NCBI GenBank assembly: GCA_965199135.1 | Contig: OZ240685.1 | Location: 570,528 to 634,527 of the forward strand | Direction: 5' to 3' | Source: Acidobacteriaceae bacterium | Lineage (GTDB): Bacteria; Acidobacteriota; Terriglobia; Terriglobales; Acidobacteriaceae | DNA length: 64,000 nt | Part shown: positions 35,783-46,318 of the stretch, one piece after another | Layout of the letters: every line of letters begins with the position of its first letter | Position numbering within the stretch: position 1 is the stretch's first letter | Notes under the pieces: model-generated | Database searches by the model: none | The model's input: only the letters and a program-made list of their open reading frames with translations | Told to the model about the DNA's origin: nothing | Program-made: the position numbers and the translations under genes

Positions 35783-36046
35783 CTAGACCTGTTGCACTCT
35801 GCCGCGCGTGATCAGGCGGAGAAGGAAGGTTAGGATGACGGCGCCAATCACGGCAACCACTATGGTGTAGATCAATCCGCCGGAGCCTGCAAAGCCCAGG
35901 TGCGTCATGATGAAGCCACCCAGAAGGGCACCGATAATGCCGATGATGATGTCCATGATCGCGCCGTAACCGCCGCCGCTCATGATCTTGCCGGTCAGCC
36001 AGCCAGCAATCAGGCCAACGATAATCCACCATATGAAGCCGTGCAT
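35783..36046 (-). CDS. GlsB/YeaQ/YmgE family (transglycosylase-associated) stress membrane protein
   Basis: 87 aa. WIIVGLIAGWLTGKIM...GIIGALLGGF is typical of the family. Confidence 0.85.
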   Translation of the reverse strand: MHGFIWWIIVGLIAGWLTGKIMSGGGYGAIMDIIIGIIGALLGGFIMTHLGFAGSGGLIYTIVVAVIGAVILTFLLRLITRGRVQQV

Positions 36047-36271
36047 AAATTCCTCTTTCAGAGCGTATTGACAGACGCGATTATGGGAGTTGAGATAGCC
36101 TCCAAACGTTGCCTCATCCTAGTCCCGCTCTGGTAACGCAGGTGTTGATTACTTGCTAACCCCTGCGGGCAAACCTGCCGCTCAGCGCTCCCGCACCGCC
36201 GCCCTGTCGTCTCCAAAACCCTCGTTTTCAGGCCCACTCTTGTACACAGAAGTGGATGCTACACTCGCGCA

Positions 36272-38308
36272 ATGCTCCCGCGTCGCGCCTTCTTCGCTCT
36301 TCTCCCTCTGCTCACTGCATCCCTGCTCGCGCAAGCTCCGCACCAACACCCCATGGCACTCGATGACCTTGCCCGCGTGCAGCAGGTAGGTCGCCCGCAG
36401 GTGTCGCCAGACGGCGACTGGATCGCCTACACCGTCCGCCATATAGATACCGAGGACGACAAGGCTGTCAGTACCCTGTGGATGGTCAACTGGGCCGGCA
36501 ACGAAGACCTGCAGCTCACCTACGACACAGAGGGCGCAAGCAGTCCGGAGTGGAGCCCAGACGGGAAGTACCTCGCTTTTCTCTCGAGCAGGCCCGGCAA
36601 AGCCAAGGGTTCGCAAGTCTGGGTTCTCGACAGGCGCGGCGGCGAGGCGCGGCAGCTCACCAACGTCAAGGAAGATCTCGGCGACTTCCGCTGGTCGCCT
36701 GACTCGAAGCAATTGCTGCTTACACTCCGGGCGAAAGACGAGCCCGATCCAGACGAAGCGAAGAAGACCGGCAAACCTGTGCCACCGAAGCCGATCGTCA
36801 TCGATCGCTACCACTTCAAGCAGGATGTCGAGGGCTATCTCACCGACAAGCGCGACCACCTGTTTCTCTTCGACGTCGCTACCTCAAAGCTGTCGAAGCT
36901 CACCAACGATGCTGCGCACGAAGAGCATGATGCCGAGTGGTCCCCGGATGGAAAGCGCGTGGCCTATGTAAGTTCGCAGCAGGCACCCGATCCGGATCGC
37001 GTCGACAACCCGGATATCTTCCTCGTCGATGCCACGCCGAACAGCACGCCACGTAAGCTGACGAGCTTTCTCGGTCCCGACGAAGGCCCGTTGGCATGGA
37101 GCCCGGATAGCACCAGGCTCGCGTACCGCCAGGCGAAGCTGCCCGGTTACTCCATCTACAACCAGAGTCAGCTTGCCGTGCTCTCGGTCGATGCCGGCAC
37201 CGTGGACTTACTCGGCTCTAAACTCGACCGGCCAGTCGGCGCACCGGTATTCACCACGGACGGTAAGGCGCTGCTCACCACGGTGACCGACGATCGCCAC
37301 CAATACCTCGAAGAGTTCACGCTGGGCGGCGCCGCCCCGGAGAAACTCGGCGAGAGCAATGGTGTGGTTCAGACGGTATCGCAGCATGGAGGACACATCG
37401 TCGTGCTGCGTTCTGCAGACACGGAGTTCCCGGAACTCTATGCCGTCGACGGTGCCTCCACCCGTAAACTGACCAGGCACAATGACGAACTTGCTGCTTC
37501 GCTTACCCTTGCAACCACGCAGGACATCTCGGCACATACAAAAGACGGCAACGACGTACACGGGCTGCTCACAATGCCAGTCGGCTACAAGCAGGGGACG
37601 AAAGTCCCGATGCTGCTCTTCATCCATGGCGGCCCAACAGCTCAGGACGAACATGGTTTTGATATCTCCCGCCAATTGTTCGCGGCACATGGCTATGCAG
37701 TCCTCAATGTGAACTACCGCGGCAGCAATGGCCGCGGTTTCGAGTACAGCCATACCATCAATGCAGACTGGGGCGACAAGGAAGTCACGGACCTTCTCGC
37801 ATCAGTCGATGCGGCAGTGGCAACGGGCACAATCGACCCAGACAAGCTAGTCGTCGGTGGCTGGAGCTACGGCGGCATCCTCACCGACTACACCATCGCC
37901 AGCACCACACGCTTCAAGGCAGCTTCCAGCGGCGCCGGCATGGGCAACTTACTCGGACTCTATGGGGTCGACGAGTACATCCTTCAGTATGACAATGAGA
38001 TTGGACCGCCGTGGAAAAACCCCGAGCTCTACATCAAGCTCTCCTATCCCTTCTTCCATGCGGATCGCATCAAGACGCCGACGCTCTTCATGGGCGGCGA
38101 CGGAGACTTCAACGTTCCCGTCGAAGGCGGTGAGCAGATGTACGAGGCGCTCAAGAGTGTCGGTACCCCGGCAGAGTTGATCGTCTACCCCGGCCAGTTC
38201 CACGGCTTCACCCGGCCCTCGTTTATTCGAGATCGCTACCAGCGCTGGTTCGGCTGGTACGACAGATATCTTGGTCTCACGCCTTCCGCAGCCCCGAAGC
38301 CGCAGTAA
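36272..38308 (+). CDS. S9 family serine peptidase with an N-terminal beta-propeller
   Basis: Signal peptide, TolB/WD40-like repeats (SPDG.. recurring), GGWSYGG nucleophile elbow, and a C-terminal D/H region. Confidence 0.9.
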   Translation: MLPRRAFFALLPLLTASLLAQAPHQHPMALDDLARVQQVGRPQVSPDGDWIAYTVRHIDTEDDKAVSTLWMVNWAGNEDLQLTYDTEGASSPEWSPDGKYLAFLSSRPGKAKGSQVWVLDRRGGEARQLTNVKEDLGDFRWSPDSKQLLLTLRAKDEPDPDEAKKTGKPVPPKPIVIDRYHFKQDVEGYLTDKRDHLFLFDVATSKLSKLTNDAAHEEHDAEWSPDGKRVAYVSSQQAPDPDRVDNPDIFLVDATPNSTPRKLTSFLGPDEGPLAWSPDSTRLAYRQAKLPGYSIYNQSQLAVLSVDAGTVDLLGSKLDRPVGAPVFTTDGKALLTTVTDDRHQYLEEFTLGGAAPEKLGESNGVVQTVSQHGGHIVVLRSADTEFPELYAVDGASTRKLTRHNDELAASLTLATTQDISAHTKDGNDVHGLLTMPVGYKQGTKVPMLLFIHGGPTAQDEHGFDISRQLFAAHGYAVLNVNYRGSNGRGFEYSHTINADWGDKEVTDLLASVDAAVATGTIDPDKLVVGGWSYGGILTDYTIASTTRFKAASSGAGMGNLLGLYGVDEYILQYDNEIGPPWKNPELYIKLSYPFFHADRIKTPTLFMGGDGDFNVPVEGGEQMYEALKSVGTPAELIVYPGQFHGFTRPSFIRDRYQRWFGWYDRYLGLTPSAAPKPQ

Positions 38309-38321
38309 GTACCCACGATCG

Positions 38322-41300
38322 ATGATGGAGCCGCTCCCCTTGAAACAGTCGCTACTCTTCTCCGCCAGCCTGCTGCTCACCTCATCCCTCCCAATGGTCG
38401 CCCAGATCCCGGCTCCCGCAGTGCCCCCGGCGATGCAGGCCCAGTTCGCGCGCGACCCGCACCAGGCTATTGACCAGGCCTACACCGCTGCGATTGCCAA
38501 GTACACGACCGAGCCATACTTCAATTCGTCGCTGACCGACTATCTGCCGGCCTCAAAGACGGTGCCAACACCAGAGGCCGTGATCGGCGATATCTCTGGT
38601 GCACCTGGCAAACTGCCCTACGCCGAAGATGTCGCCAAGTACTTCCGCCTGCTTGAGTCGAAGTCGCCCCGGGTCAAGGTATATTCCATCGGCAAGAGTG
38701 AGGAAGGTCGCGAGATGATTGCCGCTGCGATCGGCGATCAATCCCTGCTCAAGCAGATGGACGCGAACAACGCTCGCCTTGCGAAACTTGCCGACCCGCG
38801 CAGCACTGCTGCCGGCGGCTCCGGCATCAGCGACGACCAGGCCGCAGCGCTGGCGAAACAAAGTTTCCCCGTCTACTACATCACCGGCACCATCCACTCC
38901 ACCGAAACTGGCGCACCCACCGCCTTGATGGAGCTCGCATACCGGCTTGCTGTCGATGACTCCCCGTACATCCAGTACATCCGGCAGCACATGGTTGTGA
39001 TCATTACTCCGGTGGTCGAAGTCGATGGACGCGATCGCATGGTCGACCTCTATAAGTGGCACTTAGCGCATCCGAAAGAAACCTACCCACGACTCATCTA
39101 CTGGGGCCACTACGTCGCGCATGACAACAACCGTGACGCCATGGCGATGACGCTCGACCTGACGCAGCACGTGCTCGATACCTTCCTCAAGTTTCATGCG
39201 CAGGTGCTGCACGACCTCCACGAGTCCGTGCCTTTTCTTTACGACAACACCGTTGGTGATGGCCCTTACAACGCCTGGATTGACCCGATGCTCGCAGATG
39301 AGTGGGCAGCACTCGGCTGGAACAATGTAGCCTCCATGCAGAACTTCGGCATGCCCGGCGTCTTCACCCATGGCGACTTCGATACCTGGAGCCCCGGTTA
39401 CCTGATGTTCCTAGCCGGCATGCACAACGGCATCAGTCGCCTCTACGAAACCTTCGGCAATGGCGGCGCCGACACAGAAAAGCGCATTCTTACCCCCGAG
39501 GAATACAGCCGCACCTGGTTCCGCCAGAACCCGCCGCTCGCGAGCGTGCTCTGGTCGCAACGCGATAACAACAACTACGAGCAGAGCGCGTTGCTGACGA
39601 CACTCTCTTACTTCGCAGAGAACCGCGAGCACTTTCTCGATAACTACTACCTCAAGGCGAAGCGCTCCATCCTCAAGCCGACCACCTCTGGCCCTTCTGC
39701 CTATATCCTGAGCGCCGACCCCGCGTACACCAACCGGCAATTGGTCCTGCTGCACACCCTTGAGAAGCAGCACGTCGAGATTTCGCAGCTCTCCGCGTCT
39801 GCCACCGCCACGGTGTCGAAAAGCGACCAGGCTGCCGCAACTGGCGCCACCGCGTCGCGCAAGGATGGCGGGGAGACAACCACGCAAACCTTCCCTGCTG
39901 GCTCCTGGGTAATCCGCATGGACCAGCCGTACGCTCGCGTTGCCGATGCATTGCTGGACCGGCAGTACTGGGCGCCGCAGGATCCGCAGAAGACGCCCTA
40001 CGACGACACCGCCTGGTCGTTCAGCCTCCTGTTCAATGCGAAAGTCACACGCGTGACAGATCCCGCGATCCTGCAGGCGCCGATGCAGCCCGCGAGCATG
40101 TCTCCGTCCTCGGCCACGCCGCAGGCAAGTGGGACCTATCTCATCAGGAACACAGGCCAGGTGAGTCTCCTCGCGCTTGCCTATGCTCTGCCGCAGGCGA
40201 AGCTCACCGTTCTCGACGAGGCTGCGCAGGTCGATGGACAGACCTACCCGGCAGGCTCCATCGCGCTCAGGGACGCAGGCAGCACCCTCTCCGATGTTCT
40301 TCGCAGGCTTGATCTCGCTGGCGAGGCTGCAGCCGTGGATGCATTACCCACAGCGAAGAGCCACACCCTAGACCACCTGCCCCGGATCGCCATGATGCAC
40401 ACCTGGCTTTCCACGCAGACAGAAGGCTGGTGGCGCGAGGCCTTCGACACGCTCGGCATCCCGTACACCTACATCAACACGCAGACTGTCAGCAGCGAGG
40501 CAGATCTGCGATCGAAGTACGACGTCATCGTCTTCGCCCCGGTGACCGGCCGTACCCCGTCCGAGCAGATCATCGACGGCATGCCCATGTGGGGCAACGC
40601 ACTGCCCTGGCAGACTACCGCGGGAACACCCAACCTCGGCCGCATCGACTCCACTGCCGACATGCGGCCAGGCCTCGGTGAAGCCGGCGTCGCGCACCTG
40701 AAACACTTTGTCGAGGGAGGCGGCCTCCTCATCACGAGTGAAGACACCTCCGAGTTCGCCATCCATGCAGGCCTTGCACCCGGGGTCACCGTCTCGCCTG
40801 CCGGAACCCTGCATCTCGTCGGCAGCATCGTTGGCACACTGCCCGTCGCAGCCAACACGCCAGCGATGTACGGCTACACGGGCGTGCTGCCTGCCTACAG
40901 CGAGTCCGGCCTCGCCTTCAACGTCAGCAACACTGCAGGCGGCGCAGGCCCCCTGCCGACTGAAAAGAACACCCATCGCGTCACCGGCCGAGGGGGACCC
41001 AACGACACCGACCTCCCGGAAGATCGCACGCCGGAGTCTCTCCCCGCCCTGCCCGACGTTCACCCCTGGCAACCTGTTCCGCTCAACGAAGAGCAGGCGC
41101 GGAACAATCCACTCGTCATCCCCACCCGGCTCCGCCCGGATGTCCTGCTGCGCTTTGCCGACTCCGCACAGCTCCTGCTCTCTGGCCTGCTCGAGAACCC
41201 GGACTCGATCGCCTCGCACGCAGCCGTTGTCGACGCCCATCTCGGTACCGGGAACGTACTCCTGTTCGGCATCAACCCTATCTATCGCGGCGAGACCATC

Positions 41301-41366
41301 GGCACCTATGGTCTCGTCTTCAACAGCATCCTCAACTACGATCGCCTTTCCGCGGCCACACAATAA
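38322..41366 (+). CDS. large secreted M14-like metallocarboxypeptidase-domain protein
   Basis: Signal peptide MMEPLPLKQSLLFSASLLLTSSLPMVAQ. GTIHSTETG is an HxxE zinc ligand context. About 1014 aa; ATG at 38322 lies 13 nt after the S9 stop. Confidence 0.7.
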   Translation: MMEPLPLKQSLLFSASLLLTSSLPMVAQIPAPAVPPAMQAQFARDPHQAIDQAYTAAIAKYTTEPYFNSSLTDYLPASKTVPTPEAVIGDISGAPGKLPYAEDVAKYFRLLESKSPRVKVYSIGKSEEGREMIAAAIGDQSLLKQMDANNARLAKLADPRSTAAGGSGISDDQAAALAKQSFPVYYITGTIHSTETGAPTALMELAYRLAVDDSPYIQYIRQHMVVIITPVVEVDGRDRMVDLYKWHLAHPKETYPRLIYWGHYVAHDNNRDAMAMTLDLTQHVLDTFLKFHAQVLHDLHESVPFLYDNTVGDGPYNAWIDPMLADEWAALGWNNVASMQNFGMPGVFTHGDFDTWSPGYLMFLAGMHNGISRLYETFGNGGADTEKRILTPEEYSRTWFRQNPPLASVLWSQRDNNNYEQSALLTTLSYFAENREHFLDNYYLKAKRSILKPTTSGPSAYILSADPAYTNRQLVLLHTLEKQHVEISQLSASATATVSKSDQAAATGATASRKDGGETTTQTFPAGSWVIRMDQPYARVADALLDRQYWAPQDPQKTPYDDTAWSFSLLFNAKVTRVTDPAILQAPMQPASMSPSSATPQASGTYLIRNTGQVSLLALAYALPQAKLTVLDEAAQVDGQTYPAGSIALRDAGSTLSDVLRRLDLAGEAAAVDALPTAKSHTLDHLPRIAMMHTWLSTQTEGWWREAFDTLGIPYTYINTQTVSSEADLRSKYDVIVFAPVTGRTPSEQIIDGMPMWGNALPWQTTAGTPNLGRIDSTADMRPGLGEAGVAHLKHFVEGGGLLITSEDTSEFAIHAGLAPGVTVSPAGTLHLVGSIVGTLPVAANTPAMYGYTGVLPAYSESGLAFNVSNTAGGAGPLPTEKNTHRVTGRGGPNDTDLPEDRTPESLPALPDVHPWQPVPLNEEQARNNPLVIPTRLRPDVLLRFADSAQLLLSGLLENPDSIASHAAVVDAHLGTGNVLLFGINPIYRGETIGTYGLVFNSILNYDRLSAATQ

Positions 41367-41454
41367 TGTTCCCGGACGGGTGACGTTTCGCGGGTTGCGC
41401 GCCATCTATAGAGTTGCCATGGTATTAACCGACTAGTCAACAGCGGAAACCAGG

Positions 41455-42600
41455 GTGACCCTATCGTGGAGCGCGCCACCCATGCAACAGAGTGACCAGA
41501 CCTTTCAGCCCATGCCGGCCGATGCAGCCGGCATCGTGAGCTGGGTACACCTCGGCGACCTGCACATGACGACCGAGGAAAAAGAGAATTATCGCCATCT
41601 GCAGCGGATCGTCAGCCGCGTGAACACGCTCTTCGCCCACAACGCCAGCTTTGTCTTTCTGCCTGGCGACCAGGCGGACCACGGAGATGCGCAGGCCTAC
41701 CGCTCCATCCGCAAACAACTCGACGCACTCACGCTTCCCTGGTGCGCGATCGTCGGTGACCACGATGTGCATGGAAAGAGCCACAAAGCGTTCCAGTCGT
41801 TTTTTCCCGGCGAGCTGCATTACGCCTTTTCGCTCGGCTCGCTCCGGTTCATCGCGCTGAATGCCTTCGACGTCGCCGAACCCTCGAGCTTCACCATGCT
41901 GCCGCCGCAGCTCGAGTGGCTGGAGATGCAGCTGAAAAAAGCCAGCTCCGCGCAGGGACACGTCGTGCTGCTGCTGCACTGCTACCCAGGCGACTTGAAA
42001 CGAGGCCGCGCCGAGCTGCAGCGCCTCGTCAGCACCCACAAGCCACTGCTGATCGACATGGGGCATACCCACTACAACGAAATCAGCAACGATGGCGCGA
42101 CGCTCTACAGCGCGACCCGCTCGACCGGCCAGATCGAAGAAGGCGACGCCGGGTACTCCGTCATCTCGATTGATGGAGACCATGTCAGCTGGCGTTTCGT
42201 CCCTGTCGCCAGCACCTCGTGCCTCACCATCACGAGCCCCCCGGACTATCGCCTGCAGACTCGCGCAGCCTCGGCCACGGCCATTCGCGCCAAGGTCTGG
42301 TCGGAGCAGCCAGTCCGCGAGGTCACCCTCTCGATCGACGGCGGCCCTGTCACCCCCATGCAGCAGATTCCCGGCAGCCGCGTCTGGCAGTGCTCCCCCG
42401 CGCCCGATGGAGCAACACGCCTTGCCGTCGTCGTGGCCTTTGAAGACGGCACGAGCACAGAGGACACTATCCTCCTGCAGGGCCCGGCCCCCGCGAAAGC
42501 AGAAAGCGATCACGAAGACCGCCACGCCATCGGCGCGTGGCCCGAACACGGGCTCCTCGGAACCCAGCTTGGCCCCAATAAGAACGGCAGGAAGTGGTAA
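41455..42600 (+). CDS. calcineurin-like metallophosphoesterase with a C-terminal beta-rich domain
   Basis: GDLH, GDQADHGD, GDHD and GHTH motifs in canonical order. GTG at 41455; an alternative ATG is at 41482. Confidence 0.8.
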   Translation: MTLSWSAPPMQQSDQTFQPMPADAAGIVSWVHLGDLHMTTEEKENYRHLQRIVSRVNTLFAHNASFVFLPGDQADHGDAQAYRSIRKQLDALTLPWCAIVGDHDVHGKSHKAFQSFFPGELHYAFSLGSLRFIALNAFDVAEPSSFTMLPPQLEWLEMQLKKASSAQGHVVLLLHCYPGDLKRGRAELQRLVSTHKPLLIDMGHTHYNEISNDGATLYSATRSTGQIEEGDAGYSVISIDGDHVSWRFVPVASTSCLTITSPPDYRLQTRAASATAIRAKVWSEQPVREVTLSIDGGPVTPMQQIPGSRVWQCSPAPDGATRLAVVVAFEDGTSTEDTILLQGPAPAKAESDHEDRHAIGAWPEHGLLGTQLGPNKNGRKW

Positions 42601-42602
42601 CG

Positions 42603-43880
42603 ATGTTTCCAGCCGAGATCGCCCACATTCTGCTGATCAGCATCGTTGCGCTGAGCATCGTGCTCATGCTGATCCGTCCGCGCAATATCGCCGAGGTCTA
42701 CTGGGTAGGCGCGGGCGCAATCCTTCTCGTTGCCCTGCGCCTGATCCCGATCCAGCTCGCCGGCAAAGCCATCGGCGAGGGCGCCGATGTCTACCTCTTC
42801 CTCACTGGCATGATGCTGCTCTCCGAACTCGCGCGGGAGCATGGCGTCTTCGACTGGGTTTCCTCACTTGCAGTCCGCAAGGCGAAGGGGTCCGCGGCGC
42901 GCCTCTTCACACTCGTCTACGGCATCGGCACCATCGTTACGATCTTCATGTCGAATGACGCCACGGCCGTCGTCCTCACGCCGGCGATCCTCGCCGCGGT
43001 CAAGCGGGCGAAGGCAGAACCACTGCCGCATCTGTTCACCTGCGCACTCATCGCCAACGCCGCGTCCTTCGTCCTGCCTATCTCGAACCCCGCCAACCTG
43101 GTCGTCTTCCAGCAGGGCATGCCTCCACTCGGACGCTGGCTGCTCTCCTTCGGGCTTCCTTCGATCGCATCGATCCTCGTCACCTACCTCGTGATCCGTG
43201 TCGTCTTCCGCAAGGACCTTGCCGGGGAACTCGAAAGCAACGTCGAGGAGGTCGAGCTCCGCACCGAGGGCAAACTCATCCTGGCCGGTCTTGGCCTCGT
43301 CATCGTGACCCTGCTTGCCGCATCGGCGCTGAACTGGAAACTCGGTCTGCCGACCTGCATTGCGGCGCTTGTCGTGACCGCCGTGGTTTCGATCAAGGCG
43401 AAGCGCAACCCAATCGGCCTTGCAAAGGAGATCAGCTGGCCGACGCTTGCACTCGTCGCCAGCCTCTTCATCCTCGTCGACGCGGTCGAGTCCATAGGCG
43501 CGCTGCACTGGACCCAACTTGCGCTGCACTGGGTTGAACACCTGCCGCAGGCCCTTGCGGCCTTCGTCACCGCCTTCGCTGTCGGCATCACCAACAACCT
43601 CGTCAACAATCTTCCGCTCGGTCTCATCGCTGGAGGAACGCTTCACGCCGCGCACACGGAGGGCCTGCTCGCCAATGCGACGCTCATCGGGGTCGACCTT
43701 GGCCCGAATCTTTCTGTGACTGGCTCCCTCGCCACGATCCTCTGGCTGCTGGCGCTTCGCAAGGAAGAGATCGAGGTCAGCTTTTGGAAGTTCCTAAAGG
43801 TCGGCAGCATTGCCATGCCAGCCGCCATGCTGGCAGCCGTCGCCGCGGCACTCCTCATGCAACTCGCGGGCGCAGCCTAG
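42603..43880 (+). CDS. ArsB/NhaD-superfamily anion permease
   Basis: About 425 aa polytopic protein. ATG at 42603 lies 2 nt after the upstream stop; the track ORF begins at GTG 42594. Confidence 0.75.
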   Translation: MFPAEIAHILLISIVALSIVLMLIRPRNIAEVYWVGAGAILLVALRLIPIQLAGKAIGEGADVYLFLTGMMLLSELAREHGVFDWVSSLAVRKAKGSAARLFTLVYGIGTIVTIFMSNDATAVVLTPAILAAVKRAKAEPLPHLFTCALIANAASFVLPISNPANLVVFQQGMPPLGRWLLSFGLPSIASILVTYLVIRVVFRKDLAGELESNVEEVELRTEGKLILAGLGLVIVTLLAASALNWKLGLPTCIAALVVTAVVSIKAKRNPIGLAKEISWPTLALVASLFILVDAVESIGALHWTQLALHWVEHLPQALAAFVTAFAVGITNNLVNNLPLGLIAGGTLHAAHTEGLLANATLIGVDLGPNLSVTGSLATILWLLALRKEEIEVSFWKFLKVGSIAMPAAMLAAVAAALLMQLAGAA

Positions 43881-43895
43881 CCCTACACTGCTTCT

Positions 43896-44831
43896 ATGCA
43901 GGACGTCATAACCCACACAGGCAAGCCGATCGTCGTGGTCGGCAGCCTCAACCAGGACCTCACCTTCGACGTCCCGCGGCTGCCCGTCGCCGGTGAGACC
44001 ATGACCGCGACTGCCTCGCGACGCACCCCCGGCGGCAAGGGCGCAAACCAGGCAGTCGCCGCAGGCCGCCTTGGCGCTGCCGTCCACATGATCGGCGCAC
44101 TCGGCTCAGATGACGCGGCCACCATGCTTCGCGCGACGCTCGGAGCGAGCCACGTCGAGACTGGCGCACTCGTCGCCTCGGCGGAACCGACAGGCACCGC
44201 CATCATCCTGCTGACGCCCGCGGGCGAGAACAGCATCGTGCTCGCACCTGGCGCAAACCACACGCTTGCACCCGGGCACCTTGAAGCCCGGCAGCAACTG
44301 ATCGGAGCTGCAGCCCTCATCCTGACGCAGCTGGAAACGCCCCTCGCTACGCTCGCGGCGCTGCTTGCAATCGCAGAGCAGCGAGGCATACCAGTGATGC
44401 TCGACCCCGCGCCCGCGCAGCCGCTCTCCCGCGCAATCCTCGAGCAGATCACGTGGTTCACGCCGAACCAAGGCGAAGCCAGCTTCTACGCCGAAGGCGG
44501 ATCCTCTCTCGATGATGCAAAAGCACGCTGCGAGCACCTGCAGTCGTTGGGCCCAAAAAACATCCTGCTGAAACTGGGCGAGCGCGGCGCAGCCGTCCTC
44601 ACAGAGCAGGGCGAGTGGCTCTTCGCACCGGCGCCAACTGTAACCGTTGTGGATACAGTAGGCGCCGGCGACACCCTGAACGCCGCCTTTGCCACTGCCC
44701 TGACCCGCGGCGACTCGCTGGCGGACGCCCTGCACTTTGCTGTCGCAGCAGCGGCCCTGTCGGTAACGCGTAGCGGAGCCATGGACGCAGCGCCATGGGA
44801 GCATGAAGTCTCCGTTGCGCGAGGAAGCTAA
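43896..44831 (+). CDS. rbsK: ribokinase (PfkB family)
   Basis: VVGSLNQDL, GGKGANQA and DTVGAGDTLNAAF signatures. Confidence 0.85.
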   Translation: MQDVITHTGKPIVVVGSLNQDLTFDVPRLPVAGETMTATASRRTPGGKGANQAVAAGRLGAAVHMIGALGSDDAATMLRATLGASHVETGALVASAEPTGTAIILLTPAGENSIVLAPGANHTLAPGHLEARQQLIGAAALILTQLETPLATLAALLAIAEQRGIPVMLDPAPAQPLSRAILEQITWFTPNQGEASFYAEGGSSLDDAKARCEHLQSLGPKNILLKLGERGAAVLTEQGEWLFAPAPTVTVVDTVGAGDTLNAAFATALTRGDSLADALHFAVAAAALSVTRSGAMDAAPWEHEVSVARGS

Positions 44832-46318
44832 TGACTCCGCAACAACACCGCGCTCCCCGCCGGAACCCGCAGCTTTCCACCCCGCCAGGCCTCCGCACTC
44901 TCGAGCGTCCACACCGTCCCGATCTCCCGCGACCCACGCCCGAACACCACGCCGCTCGTGCTGCCAAGCGAGGGCCCCGCGAGCGGGAACAACTCCCCAG
45001 CCGCGCCAGCGCCTGTCACGGTGATCTCCGCCGGCGAGGCACCCTTGTTGAACACAGCCACCAGCGTGCCACCGTTCCGCTGCGCCACGTACCCTGTCAG
45101 GTTCGCCTGCTCCACGGTCAATGCACCCGTCGCCTGCAGACGGCTATCCACGATCCCCGCCCCGGCAAACTGCCCTGCCAGCCACATCCCGTAGAAATCC
45201 GGTCGCGCGCTCACCGTTCCATCGCCTGATGTCGCAATTGGCGTATACACCCCCATTCCGCCGCCGTGGAGGTTCACACCGGTTGCCCCGCGTGCTGCGA
45301 GATCCAGCATGAAGTCCCCTGCCCACAACGCCGACGCGAGCGTGTCACTCACCCCCGGCTTGCCACCGTTGTAGCAGGAGTTTCCTTCGCTCATCCGGTA
45401 CGGCAGACCAGCCGCCTTTGCCGCGTCGATCGCCGGGTACACCTCCTGCGCGATGCGCTCGGCCGGGTGCAGGAGGAGGTCGATCGTCATCCGCGGATCG
45501 GTCGGCGGACCCTCGGCATAGTAGTGCGTCGTCAACAAGGAAATTTCGCCCTTGGTGTCAGCGGCAAAGCGCCCTGCCCAGTCCTTCTTGAAAGCACTGT
45601 CCGGTCCGGCAATCTTCGCCTCAGGAACCCGCGCATGCACCGCCGCATACATCGCCTTCCACTTCGGCAGAAACTCGTCGTACGACCAGAGACTCCCCTT
45701 GCCACCGTCTGCCGCGTCGTCGTGGCGAAAGAGGTCGGGTTCATTGCCAAATTGCAGCGCAACCAGCTTCGGGCCACACTTCTTCACCACGTAAGCGGCT
45801 TCGTCGGCAGCTGCCTCAGGCGTGCCATTGCGCAGGTTGAGCCCATAGATCAGCTGCCAGCCCGTCTCATCGAGGAAGCCGCGCAGGTTGTCGATCGCTG
45901 CAGGTGTCAGCTTGTACATCCCCGGCGTCTGCTTCGTCGCCTGAGCGCCGCGATCCGGTCCGTACCCGCCGCTGTCCTTCTCGGCCGCAGCCGTCGTCGC
46001 CCAGGTTGTATATGCGCTGGTATTGCCGCCGATCCGCAGCACGCCATTTGCTCCCAGCGTGCGCACCATCGCAACCAGCGCCGTGTTGGCTGCAGAGAAA
46101 AATCCCGCATGCGTCAGTTGCGCCGACTCGTAGCTCAAACCGGTGTACGTGTCCGGCACCTGTGCCCGCACACTCGCACCGTGAATGCTCAGCGCGAACT
46201 GTGCTGCCGCGGCCGTTTGTGCCGCAACCCACCCTGGTACTGCGACTGCAACGCCCGCGCCTCCCAGCATCCCGAGCACCACCCGCCGTGTCATGCCGTC
46301 CTTTTCCCCAGAGCCCAT
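44828..46318 (-). CDS. GH79-like glycoside hydrolase (beta-glucuronidase/heparanase family), Tat-type signal
   Basis: MTRRVVLGML twin-Arg leader. FGNEPD (acid/base context) and MSEGNS (nucleophile context). C-terminal beta-sandwich. ATG 46294 is an alternative start. Confidence 0.7.
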   Translation of the reverse strand: MGSGEKDGMTRRVVLGMLGGAGVAVAVPGWVAAQTAAAAQFALSIHGASVRAQVPDTYTGLSYESAQLTHAGFFSAANTALVAMVRTLGANGVLRIGGNTSAYTTWATTAAAEKDSGGYGPDRGAQATKQTPGMYKLTPAAIDNLRGFLDETGWQLIYGLNLRNGTPEAAADEAAYVVKKCGPKLVALQFGNEPDLFRHDDAADGGKGSLWSYDEFLPKWKAMYAAVHARVPEAKIAGPDSAFKKDWAGRFAADTKGEISLLTTHYYAEGPPTDPRMTIDLLLHPAERIAQEVYPAIDAAKAAGLPYRMSEGNSCYNGGKPGVSDTLASALWAGDFMLDLAARGATGVNLHGGGMGVYTPIATSGDGTVSARPDFYGMWLAGQFAGAGIVDSRLQATGALTVEQANLTGYVAQRNGGTLVAVFNKGASPAEITVTGAGAAGELFPLAGPSLGSTSGVVFGRGSREIGTVWTLESAEAWRGGKLRVPAGSAVLLRSH

